Assembly: GCA_021613535.1 (NCBI GenBank)
Contig: CP075497.1
Coordinates: 744,001 to 808,000, forward strand
DNA from: Adineta vaga
Lineage: Eukaryota; Animalia; Rotifera
Direction: 5' to 3'
DNA: 64,000 nucleotides
Below the pieces are notes generated by a model. It was given only the letters and a program-made list of their open reading frames with translations. It ran no database searches and was not told where the DNA came from. Shown piece by piece: positions 14,593-27,822 of this stretch (position 1 is its first letter; each line of letters begins with the position of its first letter). A program made the translations under genes and the position numbers.

Positions 14593-14705
14593 ATTGAAAT
14601 TAATCATTACTATATCTTCGCCAGTCTAATTGTTCAAGATTAATTTAGCGAAGTAAGTCTTAGTTTGTTCGTTTATTACATCGTATTTCTAATTATATGA
14701 ATAAG

Positions 14706-15126
14706 ACGTAGGAAGAGAAAGAAGAAAGGGAAAAAAACAGTTAATTTCGTCCGCTATAAATATGAAGCAAAATCGTATGGGAACACAAAAACTAAACGCG
14801 TATATTCCAATGTCACTAATTATGTAAGTAGATGTACTTCTTTTACATTAAATGAGCGAACATACAGAACTCATTCACTCCAGCTCATATTTTATAATAT
14901 ATTCTTAATTATTATAGTAATTATGCCCAAAATCAAAAGTGTGAATCAAATGAATAGAGATTTACGTAGTAATCCGGCTTATCCAGAACGGTTTGATCGC
15001 TTCATCCATGCTCATTTCAAAGACGGTAGTGCTCTCTACATAAATGGGAAATGGAAACATGGTTCCAGAAAGTTGACGAACACTGAGAAGGAATGGTTGC
15101 AGAAAAAGAGTTGGGTTCTCCCGTGA
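14706..15126 (+). CDS. Small basic protein resembling a bacterial polymorphic-toxin C-terminal domain (5' end unresolved)
   Basis: An open exon ends at the GTAAGT donor at 14824 and an acceptor lies at 14917. The last exon encodes HAHFKDGSALYINGKWKHGSRKLTNTEKEWLQKKSWVLP. Confidence 0.5.
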
Positions 15127-15319
15127 ATTCTATTGATTTTCGAAACAATTACTTTTGATTTTTAAACTGTACTACATTGAATTGAAATAAAACGCGTGTA
15201 ATTGAGAAAGAATTCGGTAAATTTGAAAGCCATTGTGTTATCACATAGCTTTAACTGTCATTTTTAATGAGAATGTAGATGTATTCACGATAGAATGATT
15301 TTAACGTTCATTCGACAGG

Positions 15320-15393
15320 TTGAGAGTGTGGATGAGGGTGGGTAGATGTTGGTGAGTGTCAGAGACGACGAGATACATCCACACCCACACCCT
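15320..15393. repeat. Hairpin element
   Basis: TTGAGAGTGTGGATGAGGGTGGGT ... ACATCCACACCCACACCCT. Confidence 0.85.
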
Positions 15394-15848
15394 ATATTTA
15401 TAATTTTCTATATTAGAAGATGAAAGTGAAAAGGATTGAGCTTTTCTTTGTTTAATATGTGTATTTCACATAGAATTGCACTTTAAACTTTTTATTTCGC
15501 ATCTGATTGAAGAACACTGTCAAATTTTGAATGCATATATTGAATACAATCCCTCTTATACACAAACTTCGTTTGTCTTAATGAAATAAACTATGTACTT
15601 TCTATGGTAAATATCGTAATATCATGTCTTATTAAACAAATTAACTAACAATCAAATAATTGTGAACGGTAAGAAAGTGTTGGCAAACATTTACATAAAT
15701 ATTCTATTGTTTAAACATCTTAAGAAAAAAAATCCTGGGCTATTTTTCTGTAAAGAAAAACAAACAATGTCTTTCATATCTTCGCATTTCTTTCTCATTA
15801 CGCACTTTTCTGTTTGATTCAGTTAGCAAAGAGTAACAGTGAATATAG

Positions 15849-17014
15849 ATGTATTTTCCATTGATTTATCTTTTTGTCTCTGCAATCGATGCAATTGTAT
15901 TAATTGAAATTCATCGATTTGCACAATATAAACCTAATTCGTCTTGTGCTTTTCTTGGAAATATTACATTACCTCCAAGTGCATCGATTCAATCTTGTAT
16001 TTGGCAATGTGTACAAGAAGTGAACTGTCAAACGGCTGTTTATTCCTACAATGACAAAGTTTGTTGGATGTATGATGAGTCGTGTCAATCGGGCAGTATT
16101 CAACCATCCGAAAGCAATCGATCGAGTGTTATTTGTTATCGAAAAAATCAAAGTAGAATGTGCTTTTATTGTAACATCTGAATAGTTGACAACTTGTAGA
16201 TTTGAATATGCATTGTTCATCTACCGTATTATCAACACAAGCAGAAGCAGAGACAACAATGACGAATACTAATCATAGTATGTATATTCAATCATCTCGA
16301 ACAGTTTGTTAAAATGTTAAACGGTGAATGTGTGTAGTCGAACCGAGGAAAAATTGATTGATAAGTGAATATAACCTTCATAGATCGATAATAAAGCTAG
16401 AACATAAGATCTTGAGGGTGAGCGTTGAGATCAAAATTGACTGAGTACCAGGATAAGATTTCTCGTAAGGAATTTTAACGATTAATAGTTACTCGTTATT
16501 GCATCTAATGCACTCTTGTTTTTTGTGCACAGATATGACAGTAATACCGATTGTGATTCAAGCATCAGGTACCAGTGTAATTGATGCCAGTGCCCAATAT
16601 GGTTGTCCAACATCCGTCAATGTGACAGCAGTCGGTTCAGCAAAGATTCATAATCTTTGTTCCACAGATCAGATAAACATTGATGCAAACGGAGCCGCAT
16701 ATATTTCAATGAATACCTAAATATGCCCACGGTTAGTCGCTGTTAACCTTAAATCAGCTTCGAAGGTTGATATTATATGTGCGACTGGTTCAATTAATGT
16801 GAAAGCTGCTGATAGTACTTCTTTGACAGTGATACGTTCGAATTCGACATCGCTTTGTCCCTTAGTAGCAAACATTCATGCAGAAGCATTAAGTGAGATT
16901 TATGTCTGTGCAACACAAACAATCAATGTCATAGCCAGTAGTGCCGCATTAGTGTACTATTATGGATCACTGAATAGTTCGCAGACACAAGCATTAGCAC
17001 AGGTCTCTCCGTAG
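15849..17014 (+). pseudogene. Secreted PAN/apple + GIN (DUF2807-like) beta-repeat protein with one in-frame TAA
   Basis: Signal peptide, then CIWQC..C.TAVY..CWMY (PAN-like). ORFs 16499-16720 and 16799-17014 share a frame separated only by TAA 16718-16720. Repeats of I.A.G.S.I end in ASSAALVYYYG. Confidence 0.65.
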
Positions 17015-18226
17015 TAGCATCTTTAAATATTATATAGCTCAGCAATAACAGACTTATTGCCTCAGAAAATCGATAATAATTCCTATTTACATTCTTTCTC
17101 TCTTGGCACGTCTCGAAAACTAGATGTTTTTCTTTGTATTGCAAAAATAATACTAAAGAAAAACAAGAAAATGAAGATTTTTATGAAACATTCTACAACA
17201 CAACGTGTTTTATATTTGAGCAATTAAAAGATAAACTTTTTCTTCATCAAATTTAAAAAGGAAAGATCATCCATTGAACCTGTTAATAGTTCATTATATT
17301 AAATGAAGCATATAGAAAACTTACGATACTAGACAAAAATTCTGCAGATTAATAATTTTCAAAATGCATCTTCAAGGAATGTTCAGATCGATCAAATACA
17401 GCATCGATTATGATCTGAGCACGTCATTTCAACGAAGTCTTTTTGTTAGAAAACTTTCATTTTCTTTTATTAATATTGATATGAGTAACTTATGGAGCGC
17501 ATAAATAAGATTTTGAGCAACTATTTATTCTACTGTTACATGTATTAATAGTCAATCTATAAATCATATCAACTGTTGGATTGTTATCACTTCGTTTCAA
17601 TATGAATCCAAGACTTTTGTTAAACTCTTATAGTTTGTTCAATAGAGGTCTGATTAAATAAAATCGAAATATAGGAGTGAAACATTCTTCGCATCCTCAT
17701 ATCCGCACATGTTGCGAATTGATTTCTTACTGCTTCTATTCTCTCTCTTACACATTCGCTTCACTAAAATCAGTTTCGCGTTGTATATTCGAAATAAACA
17801 TACACGTTGGTATCTACAACACTGCGAATAAATATCTTATGTATTGATCTCCGTTACAAACTATTTTTAAAATATCAAATTAGTTTTAAGTGATCGTTGT
17901 GAAATGTTTTTCAAACTTGGAGAACAAGAAAATATTGAACTAACTTGAGATGAATCGAAAAATGCAGAATTTTTCTAAGTACGTAGACGAAAGTATATTT
18001 TATTAATATCGTATTTTGTTATTAGAGTAATTTGATCGCTTTGTGATCATCAGCGACTACTTCGATCAATATATTATTTTTCAGTCAATTTGTCTTTGAT
18101 AAATCCGTAAAATGATAGTTTAAATGCGTATATGTTATTGCACAAAAAGATAGAAATATTTGAATATATAATCGAACAAGACGAAACCCAACAAATAACA
18201 CAACTGATTAATTGAGAATATACAAG

Positions 18227-18697
18227 ATGAAAATATTCCAAGTATTATTTTGTGTGGCTTTGATATGTTTATCGCTGATAATTTCAAGTAAGTCAAAATT
18301 ATTTTCTTAACTCTTCCACTTTAGTAGAACTCGATGAAATTGTATTAGTTCAGTTTTACCGTGAACTTTTCACAATTAAATTCAAGTAATCGAAAGCGAA
18401 ATAGCTGATACATCTGGTTTTCATTCATAAAAGTGTTAAACTGTTATCCAACTGTTTATTATAGGTCACGCAGCGTCACCACCGGCAGGATATACAAGAA
18501 CTAACTTTGTATGTATGGGTAAGGCAGTGTTTTGCAATTCAAAGGCTAGCAGTGCTTTGACATGTATTACTGAAGACCGTACAGGTCATATTGGCGGAGT
18601 TTGGAAAGGAGGCTCTAGAAAGTGGGCCGAAAGTGGTTGTCCATCTGGTAGTCGTTCTGGCACATACAATGCGACTCTTCAACGAGTTGGAAATTAG
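18227..18697 (+). CDS. Secreted Ntox21-like (CdiA-CT/RHS rRNase-type) toxin domain protein; one extra A after the ATG
   Basis: Exon 1 reads (MK)YSKVLFCVALICLSLIIS and needs removal of one A from AAAA at 18230-18233. After a phase-1 intron (about 18288-18464), exon 2 reads SHAASPPAGYTRTNFVCMGKAVFCN..ITEDRTGHIGGVWK..RSGTYNATLQRVGN. Confidence 0.7.
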
Positions 18698-18897
18698 AAG
18701 AAATCAATCCTTCAAACGAACTCATCAGAATCAATTTTTCTTTTCTCATAAAATAAAGTTTTGAAATAAAATACTTGGTATATAATAGATTTTATTTCGC
18801 ATATTTTTCATAAGTTCGAGTTGTTGTAACACATTGAAGTTGTCATCCATTTATAATGATCATTATAAATGAATTTGTATTCTATGTAATTACTTGG

Positions 18898-18967
18898 TCG
18901 AAAATGAGGATGTGGATGTGGATAGGTGCAAGGCAGTGTCTCTATCCACCCACACTCTCATTCTCAA
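18898..18967. repeat. Hairpin element (loop subfamily B)
   Basis: GAAAATGAGGATGTGGATGTGGATA-GGTGCAAGGCAGTGTCTC-TATCCACCCACACTCTCATTCTCAA. Confidence 0.85.
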
Positions 18968-19094
18968 GAAATAAGTTTTGAACAGTTCGAAAAAATGGGA
19001 TAATTTCATTTTATTTCAAGACACAGAGTTAAAAAAGAATATTATAAAATTAATTTTAAGAAAAAAGATTGACAGTACTATAAGTCAACGATTC

Positions 19095-20046
19095 TCATGG
19101 TAAGAGAACCGTATCAATAGCGTGAATGATACCATTGCTGGTGATTACGTCGGCTACAACAACAGTAGCACTGTTGACTTTGACCTTGCCTCCGTCGAGC
19201 GTTATCATTGTCGCCATTCCATTGAACATTTCCAATTTGAAAGGTGGATTCATTGCAATGATATCAGCAGCTGAAAGTGCTCTTTTATTAACAACGTGAT
19301 ATGTGAGAATTTTGATCAACTTTGGTTTATTTTCAGGTTTAAGTAAATCAGTAACGGTGCCCGGTGGTAATTTGGCGAATGCGTCATCGGTAGGTGCAAA
19401 CACTGTGAATGGACCGGGTCCTTTGAGTACTGATACAAGATCAGCCGCTATAAGTGCTGTGACTAATGTTTTGAAGCGACCATCATCAATAGCAGTTTGT
19501 ACAATATCTGGAGGTAAAAGAACTGTGTCCAAAGCATGAATAATACCATTGCTGGCCATCACATTGGCCACGATAACGGTAGCATCATTGACCATGACCT
19601 TACCTGCGTTTAATGTTATTCTTGTGGAAATATTGTTCATCATCTCTAATTTAAAAGGTGGATTCATTGCAATGATATCCGCCGCTGTAAGAGCTTTTCC
19701 TGCCAAAACATGATAGGTCAGAATTTTGATCAATTTTGGTCTGTTTTCGGGTTTGAGTAGATCAGTGATGGTGCCCGGTGGTAACTTGGCAAAAGCAGCA
19801 TCGGTGGGTGCAAATACCGTAAATGGTCCGGTCCCTTCGAGCGCTTCAACAAGATCGGCCACTGTAAGTGCTTTCACTAATATATTGAAGCGTCCATCAT
19901 TGATAGCAGTTTGTACAATATCAACCAGTTGTGCTACATAAACAAAAAATAATTTATTCACTATAGCAATTGAAACACTTACGTCTACCAAAAGCACTTT
20001 GAATCAGCGCTAAAAGAACAATGGCGAGCAGTGTCGTTGATTGCAT
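19095..20046 (-). CDS. Secreted fasciclin with two tandem FAS1 domains, bacterial-like
   Basis: Signal exon MQSTTLLAIVLLALIQSAF and a short intron, then two copies of GPFTVFAPTD.AFAKLP..ILTYHV..NGIIHA.DTVLLP. Confidence 0.92.
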
Positions 20047-21387
20047 AATTATGTTATGTGTTTTTCTCTTTTCAATGCAATAGTGAGTGAATACCTGCAT
20101 ATTTATACATGCAAGGATCTCATACGAAAAATGACCAAATCTTATGTTATCTCATATTTGATATTTCTCAAGTATCTTTTATATAACAAATGGGACAAAA
20201 ATAGCAACAAGAGTCGAAGTTTTATGTAACAAACGAAAATTGTAAGTTTGTAATGATGACAAGAAAAAAAAGTACACAGTTAGGTAACACCATAAACCAA
20301 GGTCATATAAAGTTGAATCTACTACCATCATTTCGTTTGGTTTCGAAGTTATATTTTACGATTAGATTGTACACTAATTAATCAATATCTATCATTCTTA
20401 TTTTACAAAGGAAATTTTTGTCATTTCGATATTCAAAAGAGGATTTGTTTAATTGAAATATCTGAGTACGTTCGAATTAATTTACAAGCCAATTTTTTTA
20501 TCTTTTTCATAGTTCTTTCAAAATCAATGTATTACACAACCTTGCGGGATAAAAACAAGTGCGTCATACCAAGGTAATAACGCTTTGCATGGTTATATAA
20601 CGTCGTATGTTCTCATAGTAGGTTACTTTATTGTGTTGTGTAAGATTTATTTTTAACTGAAGTTATCGAAAACAGAAAGAAAAATGAAGCAGGTATACTG
20701 GTTACACAATCATCATCATCATTCAATATAGAATGCAGTTTACATTTGAAGTTGGTTATTTATTACTATACTGGTCCAAAGACAAACTTCTATTCTATTA
20801 AGAGAAAAACCAAGGAGTTTCAAACAACAGCAAAAGATAATGAGGATGAGAATAAAGGTGTCTTTTCTTTAACCACAATCTTTTCATTCTACAGATCTTT
20901 TAAAAACCTTCACAGGAAATCAAGGGCTATAATAGTGTGGGTTTGGGCATTAGATAAAGAGACAATTCTAATGTATGAAAGATAAATGTGTTATGATGTT
21001 CATTAGAATTATTAAGAAAATCACAACTCATTCAATAATCTTCTGAGAATGACAATGAAATCTTAAGGATCCATTATAGTTATATTACTTTAATTTACGA
21101 TGTACATTCTATATCACAAACAGTTAGATTCCGAAGATGATGAGTATTTTATTAAATCTTTCGAAAGAAAAAAGTGATCATTGCGTATATTTGACTATAG
21201 ATGATAGGCAGAAAAAACGACATTTTTAAATATTCTTATCTATGATGAATAACTAAGCGTAGTTTCTAAGTGCACGTTTTAAATTGTTTTTTTTTTCGAG
21301 TGACGTCGAGCTGTATTAAAAGAATATTCGCACTGTCAGCTATACACTCTCACTTTTGACTTTTATTGATTAAAAAGATACTGTGTC

Positions 21388-24225
21388 TCAAAGTTCGGTT
21401 TGTATAGTTTCGATATTTCTTCGTACATTGTGAATATCGGGATGATCGGCTGGTAGCGATTTTCGAAATATATCCAAAGCTTGTTGCAGACAAGTCACTG
21501 CTTTTGAGAACGATTTTATGTAATAATAAACGAGGCCCATATTGTTATAGGTTCTACCTAAAAAAGGATGATTCTGAGGGAGATGGTTTTTCCCGATTTC
21601 GAGTGCTTTTTCGTAATATGAAAGTGCCTTCAGGTAGTCATTCATGTTTCTATACACCAAACCAGTGTTATTATAAATGTTAACCAATTCCGGATAATTT
21701 GTAGGCACAGTTTTCTTCAGTATCTCAATTGCTTTTTCATGAAACAGGACTGATTCTGAGTAGTTTTTCATTTGCTTAAGTACACCGCCGATGTTAATGT
21801 ACTATTGAGCAAAATCTGGATGATCCAAGGGAAGTATTTGCTGTCGAATTTGCAATGCTTTTTCGTGGTATTCACGTGATTTCGGATAATTTCCTGTGTT
21901 ATAATACACAAGTCCTATATTGTTATAAGAAGTAGCTAACGAAGGATGATTTGAAGGAAGAATTTTCTCTTCGATTTTCAGTGCTTTTTCTTGATAAGAA
22001 AGTGCTTTCGAGTGTTGCCCAATGTTGCCAAGCGTTCCACAAATGTTGTTGTACAGTGTAGTCAAATCTATAGAAGTTGATGGAAGGTTTTGCTCAAAGA
22101 TTACAGCTGCCTTGTCATAATATGAAAGTGCTCTCGAATACTCTCCTTTCTTGTCATATAATCCACCGATATTGCTATAAGATTGACCAACGTCGATGTG
22201 ATTTGGAGGAAATATTTTTTGACGAAGTACCAATGCTTTTTCATAATATGAAAGTGCTTCTGAGTATTGTCCTGCATGGTGATATACTCGGCCAATGTTG
22301 TTGTACGATTGAGCGAAATCAGGATGATTTGAATGAAGAGATTTTCCCACTATTTCCAGTGCTTTCTGATATGACTGTAGTGCTTGGGAATACTTTCCCG
22401 TATTATCGAGCACATGTCCGAGATTGTTATATAATGTTGCCAGATCTGGGTGATTTGCAGGAAGATTTTCCCGGTAAATTTTCAATGCTTTTTTATAAAA
22501 TGGTAATGCTTCTGAGTACTCTCCCTTCTTGTCATGCAATCCGCCGATGTTATTGAAAGATTGGGCGATATCAAGCTGATTTTGTGGTAACACTCTTTGG
22601 CGGGTTTCCAATGCTTTTTTGAAAGCTGAAAGTGCTTCGGAATATTTTTCTATGGCGAAATACACTGCACCAATATTATTATAAGAAGCAGCTAAAATCG
22701 GATGATCAAATGAAAGATTTTGCTCGAAAACTTCGATGATTTTTCTATAAATAGAAAGTGAATAATCCAAATCACCTCGTTTTGTCTTCATATACGCAAG
22801 ATTATTGTAATTAAGTATATTTTTCTCTTGATCAGATGTTTGGTCAATCAATGCTTTACATAATTCTTCAGCTTTGTCGTATCTACCTATTTTAGTTAGT
22901 AGAAGACCAAGTCGATGAAAACCCGTTGCACCAGCAGTCTCCTTTCTTATATGATCAGTTAAAGTGCGAAGTTGCTCATCATTGTCGGCAGTCAATGTGA
23001 GATTCACCTGATATAGTTGGCTGCTCTCTTCAGTTTTCTTTACTTGATTGATACGAAATACGGCATGCATAGAAAATAGAACTTCCTTTTCCTCCTGAAA
23101 ATTGCTTATTCTATCAATAATCGCAAACGGAGTCGATGAAATTAGCGGATCAATAGTCATTTCGAATAATATACCAATTGTTTCAGGTTTTGATGCACTA
23201 CTTTCAGCCATCATGTAAGCAATTTCTCGATCTAAACTAGTAGATATGAAGTTATTGAAAGATATCAGTCCATCCTCTGTTTTCTTAAGTTTCTCAAAAT
23301 CGAAGACTGACAATCCTTGACCGCGATACACTGTAAATGGTTTATCATTATAATGACTGATCTGTGTCTCATGTAGTTGTTTGATTCCATGGTGTAAATC
23401 ACGAATAAAGAATCCCATATTGAGTATCACATCGCTATCCAACATACGAAGTGCTTGGTTCAGACCTGTATATATAAAACATTCACGTGTATACCACCAT
23501 ATGGTCTTTTCAGGACAATAGGCAGTTTCAAATTCACGAATAGTTTTTAGTTGCAACACATTATCGGAATACTGTTTTTGCCAAAATTCCACGAATTTAA
23601 CGATCGCTTGTTGATCATATTCCATTTCAAGTAAGATTTCTTTAAATATTCGAGTATACATAAATGATGGTTCTATTTGATCTAAACTTTCATTCACTGT
23701 GTGTTCATTGCCTTCGATAAAGCTGATTGCAATAGAATCTTGTTGATACTGTCTAACAACTTGACGAAAAGTTTCATAGATTGATATGATCGATGTTTTC
23801 ATATATTTCACCTTTGACCAATTTGAATTCGTTTGCTGATGTTCTAATGTATCATCACAAAGAACATATATCATTTCCAAATGAGAAATATTATGAATAA
23901 CCGTTATTATATGTTGATCAGAAGTATTTGCAATAACCATAAATACTTTTCCACTAGGAATATCAGTAAGAAAGTCAATACATTCATCAGAATCACTATA
24001 AGTGTAAACTTTACTGACGATACTTCGAAGTTGTGCTAAAGTATTTTGATAATCATCGGTCAAGTAATCAGCATTAGAATCCAGCCAGACAATTACAATA
24101 TTTTCAATAGTATACTGTCTCAAAGGTAAAATATTGGACGATAATATTTTCTTTATGAAAGCGTCTTGTGAAAGAATAGATGATCCTTTGGCATCTTCTA
24201 CTCTGTTAGAGTTCTCAGCATCCAT
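21388..24225 (-). CDS. ADP-ribosyltransferase + TPR-repeat protein, with one in-frame TAG inside the TPR array
   Basis: WWYT, VYRGQ, FISTS, EEKEVLF (R-S-E motif), then about 11 42-aa TPRs (SYNNIG). ORFs 21802-24420 and 21388-21771 are in frame across TAG 21802-21804, where other repeats have Ser. Start taken at MDAEN. Confidence 0.88.
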
Positions 24226-24605
24226 TTTGTTGTTCTTGTATGTTAGATTACTCGATATAAAATTGAAGTAGTTAAAAAAGAATATTGCATTCAAGGTTTT
24301 TTTTTCATCGATTTTATAATTTTGTTGTTGCACGAGCACTTCAAACATTGTCCTTGATATATGTTGGAAGAAATACAAGACGTTACTATAAAAACTTGAT
24401 ATCTGTAAATAGAGAAACACAAAGAAATCAAGTTTAATGGTATAAACTAATAAATACAGAGAATCTTGATGGTATGAGGAACCTATATATTATAAAAAAC
24501 CGATATCTTTACCCTCAGCTAATATATTTCTTTTTAATTTCAAGGAATTTTGTAAGAACGCAAATGACATTACAAAACAATATATAAAGAAAAAAAATGT
24601 ATGGT

Positions 24606-25607
24606 TTAGTTTGTCGGATGTGTTGATGTTGGTTCAATACGACGATTTTTAATTGGACAAAAACAAAAAAATGAAGTTTGTAACATAAGATACAATTCAT
24701 TTCGAAACAAACTCGATGTTAATGTATAAAGATAAAATGAAACTGCAGGAAATACATATGATAATCCACCAGATATACTTGTAATAAAATTTTCTATTGC
24801 TATGTGATCAGAACTTTTATTTAGAATATAAGGTGAAATAATATTATTGATACTATAGACCATATAGGGTGATGTAATAACAAAAAATGCGATAATTTGA
24901 CCAAATAGCATTCTTAAAACTTGTTGATCACGTTTGAATTGAATTTCATCATTTTGATCAATTCTTGTTTGTTGAATAAAACCACCTTGACGACGTTCTC
25001 GTTTTGCCACAAGATTTTTTCGAATAAATATTGTAAAAATAATCATTAATATTGTCGGTAAAAATGAATTATTTATTAAAGCAAAAATACTTACTAAAGT
25101 TATTCCAATAGGATCAAGAGAATTATAACATGTATTAGATTTGATATTATAAACAATTAACATATAAATATGTACCAATAAAACAAGAATAATTATTGAA
25201 GCAATGACTCGATATGCAAATTTGACATTTGCTAAATTTCTTAAACGTACATTTGATGATGATAAGGCAAAACGATCAAATGAAGCAGCACTTAATATTA
25301 AACGAAATATCACCGAAGTAATATGATTGAAATAAGAACGAAATTTACAAAAAGGAATGTTATATGTAAGTGGATTAGTATAATAATAACCATAAATAGT
25401 TGGAATTGAATAAATTAATAGATTAAATAACATTCCAATAGATGAGACTAAGAAATATTTACAACATGATGTTGTTCGAAATTGTTTTCGAGAGAAAAGA
25501 AAAATATTTAAAATACATCCACTTACACCAAAAGTAACATATATCCATGATAAACTAAAAAGTGTATTCTTTTGTATAATTTGTAATGTACTACCAAGTG
25601 AAGACAT
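24606..25607 (-). CDS. Orphan rhodopsin-like GPCR, intronless
   Basis: Seven hydrophobic segments, FCKFR, SFDRF, FYLYTLTSSLFR. Confidence 0.9.
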   Translation of the reverse strand: MSSLGSTLQIIQKNTLFSLSWIYVTFGVSGCILNIFLFSRKQFRTTSCCKYFLVSSIGMLFNLLIYSIPTIYGYYYTNPLTYNIPFCKFRSYFNHITSVIFRLILSAASFDRFALSSSNVRLRNLANVKFAYRVIASIIILVLLVHIYMLIVYNIKSNTCYNSLDPIGITLVSIFALINNSFLPTILMIIFTIFIRKNLVAKRERRQGGFIQQTRIDQNDEIQFKRDQQVLRMLFGQIIAFFVITSPYMVYSINNIISPYILNKSSDHIAIENFITSISGGLSYVFPAVSFYLYTLTSSLFRNELYLMLQTSFFCFCPIKNRRIEPTSTHPTN

Positions 25608-26329
25608 CGTCTCTGTTGAGTTGATTTAAATTAACGTTATTTGAAGTAAAATTCTCGGAGGGTTTTTTTTTCTAAAAGAAATTTATTATTTAAAGAATTT
25701 TTATAGACGTTAATGATCAATGCTTTAAAAAGAAAAGATGTTTGATTAAAAGATTAACTAAAGTTTATAATCTTTCGTTCAAGTCGTAAAAATAGAAATT
25801 TAACTTCAGTAAATCATGAAATAAAAGGAAAAACAGAACAATGAGTATTTTCAAAATAATCAAATAACATGAAATTGATATAAACTTAAAATGACTTATT
25901 TCTTGAATAAGAATAGATCCTATTGATGAAATACTAAAATGTTTATTCAAGTTAGAGATTGGAATTGGTGCATTTCTATATAATTATAAAAGACGCAAAA
26001 AAAAAAAATTATTTTTTTCAACTAACTAAAGGGTAATCTGACTTGACGATAAGTATATCGAAAGGAAATAGATTTTCTTTTTTTTGATAACACGAGTGTT
26101 TTAATGATGAAAACAACTTGAGAGTGAACTGTGAAATAATTAATTATCGCTGTTTTGATTTTGAATAGTTTGCTTAAGAAATTAAGAACGAGATGATGTC
26201 AAGAAAAAATCTAATTACTACGTTATAGATATCAGAGCTTGATATTCGGGTTTCTTTTTTTTTACTTAAGTTAGAAATCATGAGAAGAATGTCAATGTTT
26301 AATTAGAAATTAAAAAATTCGACAAAAAT

Positions 26330-27021
26330 TTAACACATAGGATTCTTTTTCGGTTCACCTAGTCCAAAACATATTCGAATTCGTTTGTAGTTTGTAACAC
26401 GTTTCTTTTGATTAGCAGCACCTGATCCACCATTACATTCTAATTTTCCATTGATAATTCGAGTAGTCGCTGCAAAATCACCTTGTTTTGCAGGAATGTC
26501 CATTTTATTTGTCTTATAAAACCAAATAGCTGTCTTTACACCGAGATCTTGTTGTTTTTCGACTAAGTCTGGATCACTCAATAAATCGACACCTAAAGCT
26601 TTACCAGCAGCGTTATAGTTACAAGGCCATGATAATTGAAACCAACCACGACCATAATACAATTTATTGGGTTTGCCATTAATTGAACACCAAGATCCAG
26701 CATAATTTGAACCACAACCTTTAAACAAATAAAAAGTGTAAAAGATAAATCATAATAAAACTAACCTGGTGCACAATATTCTCTTGCGGCTTTTAGTCCG
26801 TCCGTTTCATGAAAGACATGTGCAAGAAACACAGCTGCTTCATCTTTATTTGATGCTTTCCAACCCGATTTTTTAAGACCATCGAAACGATTTTTTCTTA
26901 TTGTAGCATTAATACTGTTGAATACACAGGCAAAATTTTCTTCAGTAATAATCTCTTGTTCACTACTATAACTAATAGTACATACAACAAAAACCAACAA
27001 ATAGATAGGTGTAAGTGACAT
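26330..27021 (-). CDS. Secreted GH19 chitinase
   Basis: Signal peptide; FLAHVFHETDG, YYGRGWFQLSWPCNY, TRIING.LEC. Intron about 26765-26719. Confidence 0.92.
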
Positions 27022-27302
27022 TGTTGTAATCGATCAGATGAATATTAAAATAATCAAGAAAAATAAATGAATATTTATAGTGATTTTATTTCGATACGAA
27101 AGGATTGTTATTGTTTTTTAAATCGTAAAAATATCAGGCCTTTGTAGAAACCACCTACGACGGCAATGATATAAAACAATGATATACATATCAGATATCA
27201 CATCATCGAAATATATTGATCCATCAGAGTCATGTCATATATAGATTTTTTGTGAAAACAATCTTAATTCTAACGAAATAAAAACGAAAATATATGTCAT
27301 TT

Positions 27303-27350
27303 TTGAGGGTGTGGGTGTTGTTATTCTCTTCACCCACACCTATATTCTTA
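27303..27350. repeat. Hairpin element
   Basis: TTGAGGGTGTGGGTG-TTGTTATTCTCTT-CACCCACACCTATATTCTTA. Confidence 0.85.
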
Positions 27351-27438
27351 TTTAAATATATCATATCATGAAGAGTTCTTTTATTAAAATCTATTAATGT
27401 CTCAACAAGACTAATTAGCACGAGCAGTCAAATCGAAA

Positions 27439-27822
27439 TTATTTTTTTCCAATCGGAGTAAAGTAATCTACGATGTGATAGACAGCAATACCAATTTGTC
27501 TATTCAGACCGACTCGAACAGCAGCATTTGCAAATTCTTCCATTGAAACCCAGTAGTTCAGACCAAAAGGTCCTAACGTTTTATCAATATTTTTTAAAAC
27601 TTTTGCCACGGTATTTCCAGCTAGACCTTCGCCCATGGTTGCTGCCGCATACATTTCAGCCTTTTTTATAACCGCTCGAATAACTTTTATTTGAAATGAT
27701 GCATCCTTTATTACGAGAAAATCACATATCATATACAGAATTCATCTAATACTACTTACAATCGTTTCGAAGCACAACATTGATACGAGAAGAACCAGAA
27801 GAAAGGCATGAATCTTGGCCAT
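27439..27822 (-). CDS. Small secreted amphipathic helical protein
   Basis: Exon 1 (27822-27760) MAKIHAFLLVLLVSMLCFETI ends at a GTAAGT donor. Exon 2 (27705-27439) DASFQIKVIRAVIKK...TPIGKK. Confidence 0.7.
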
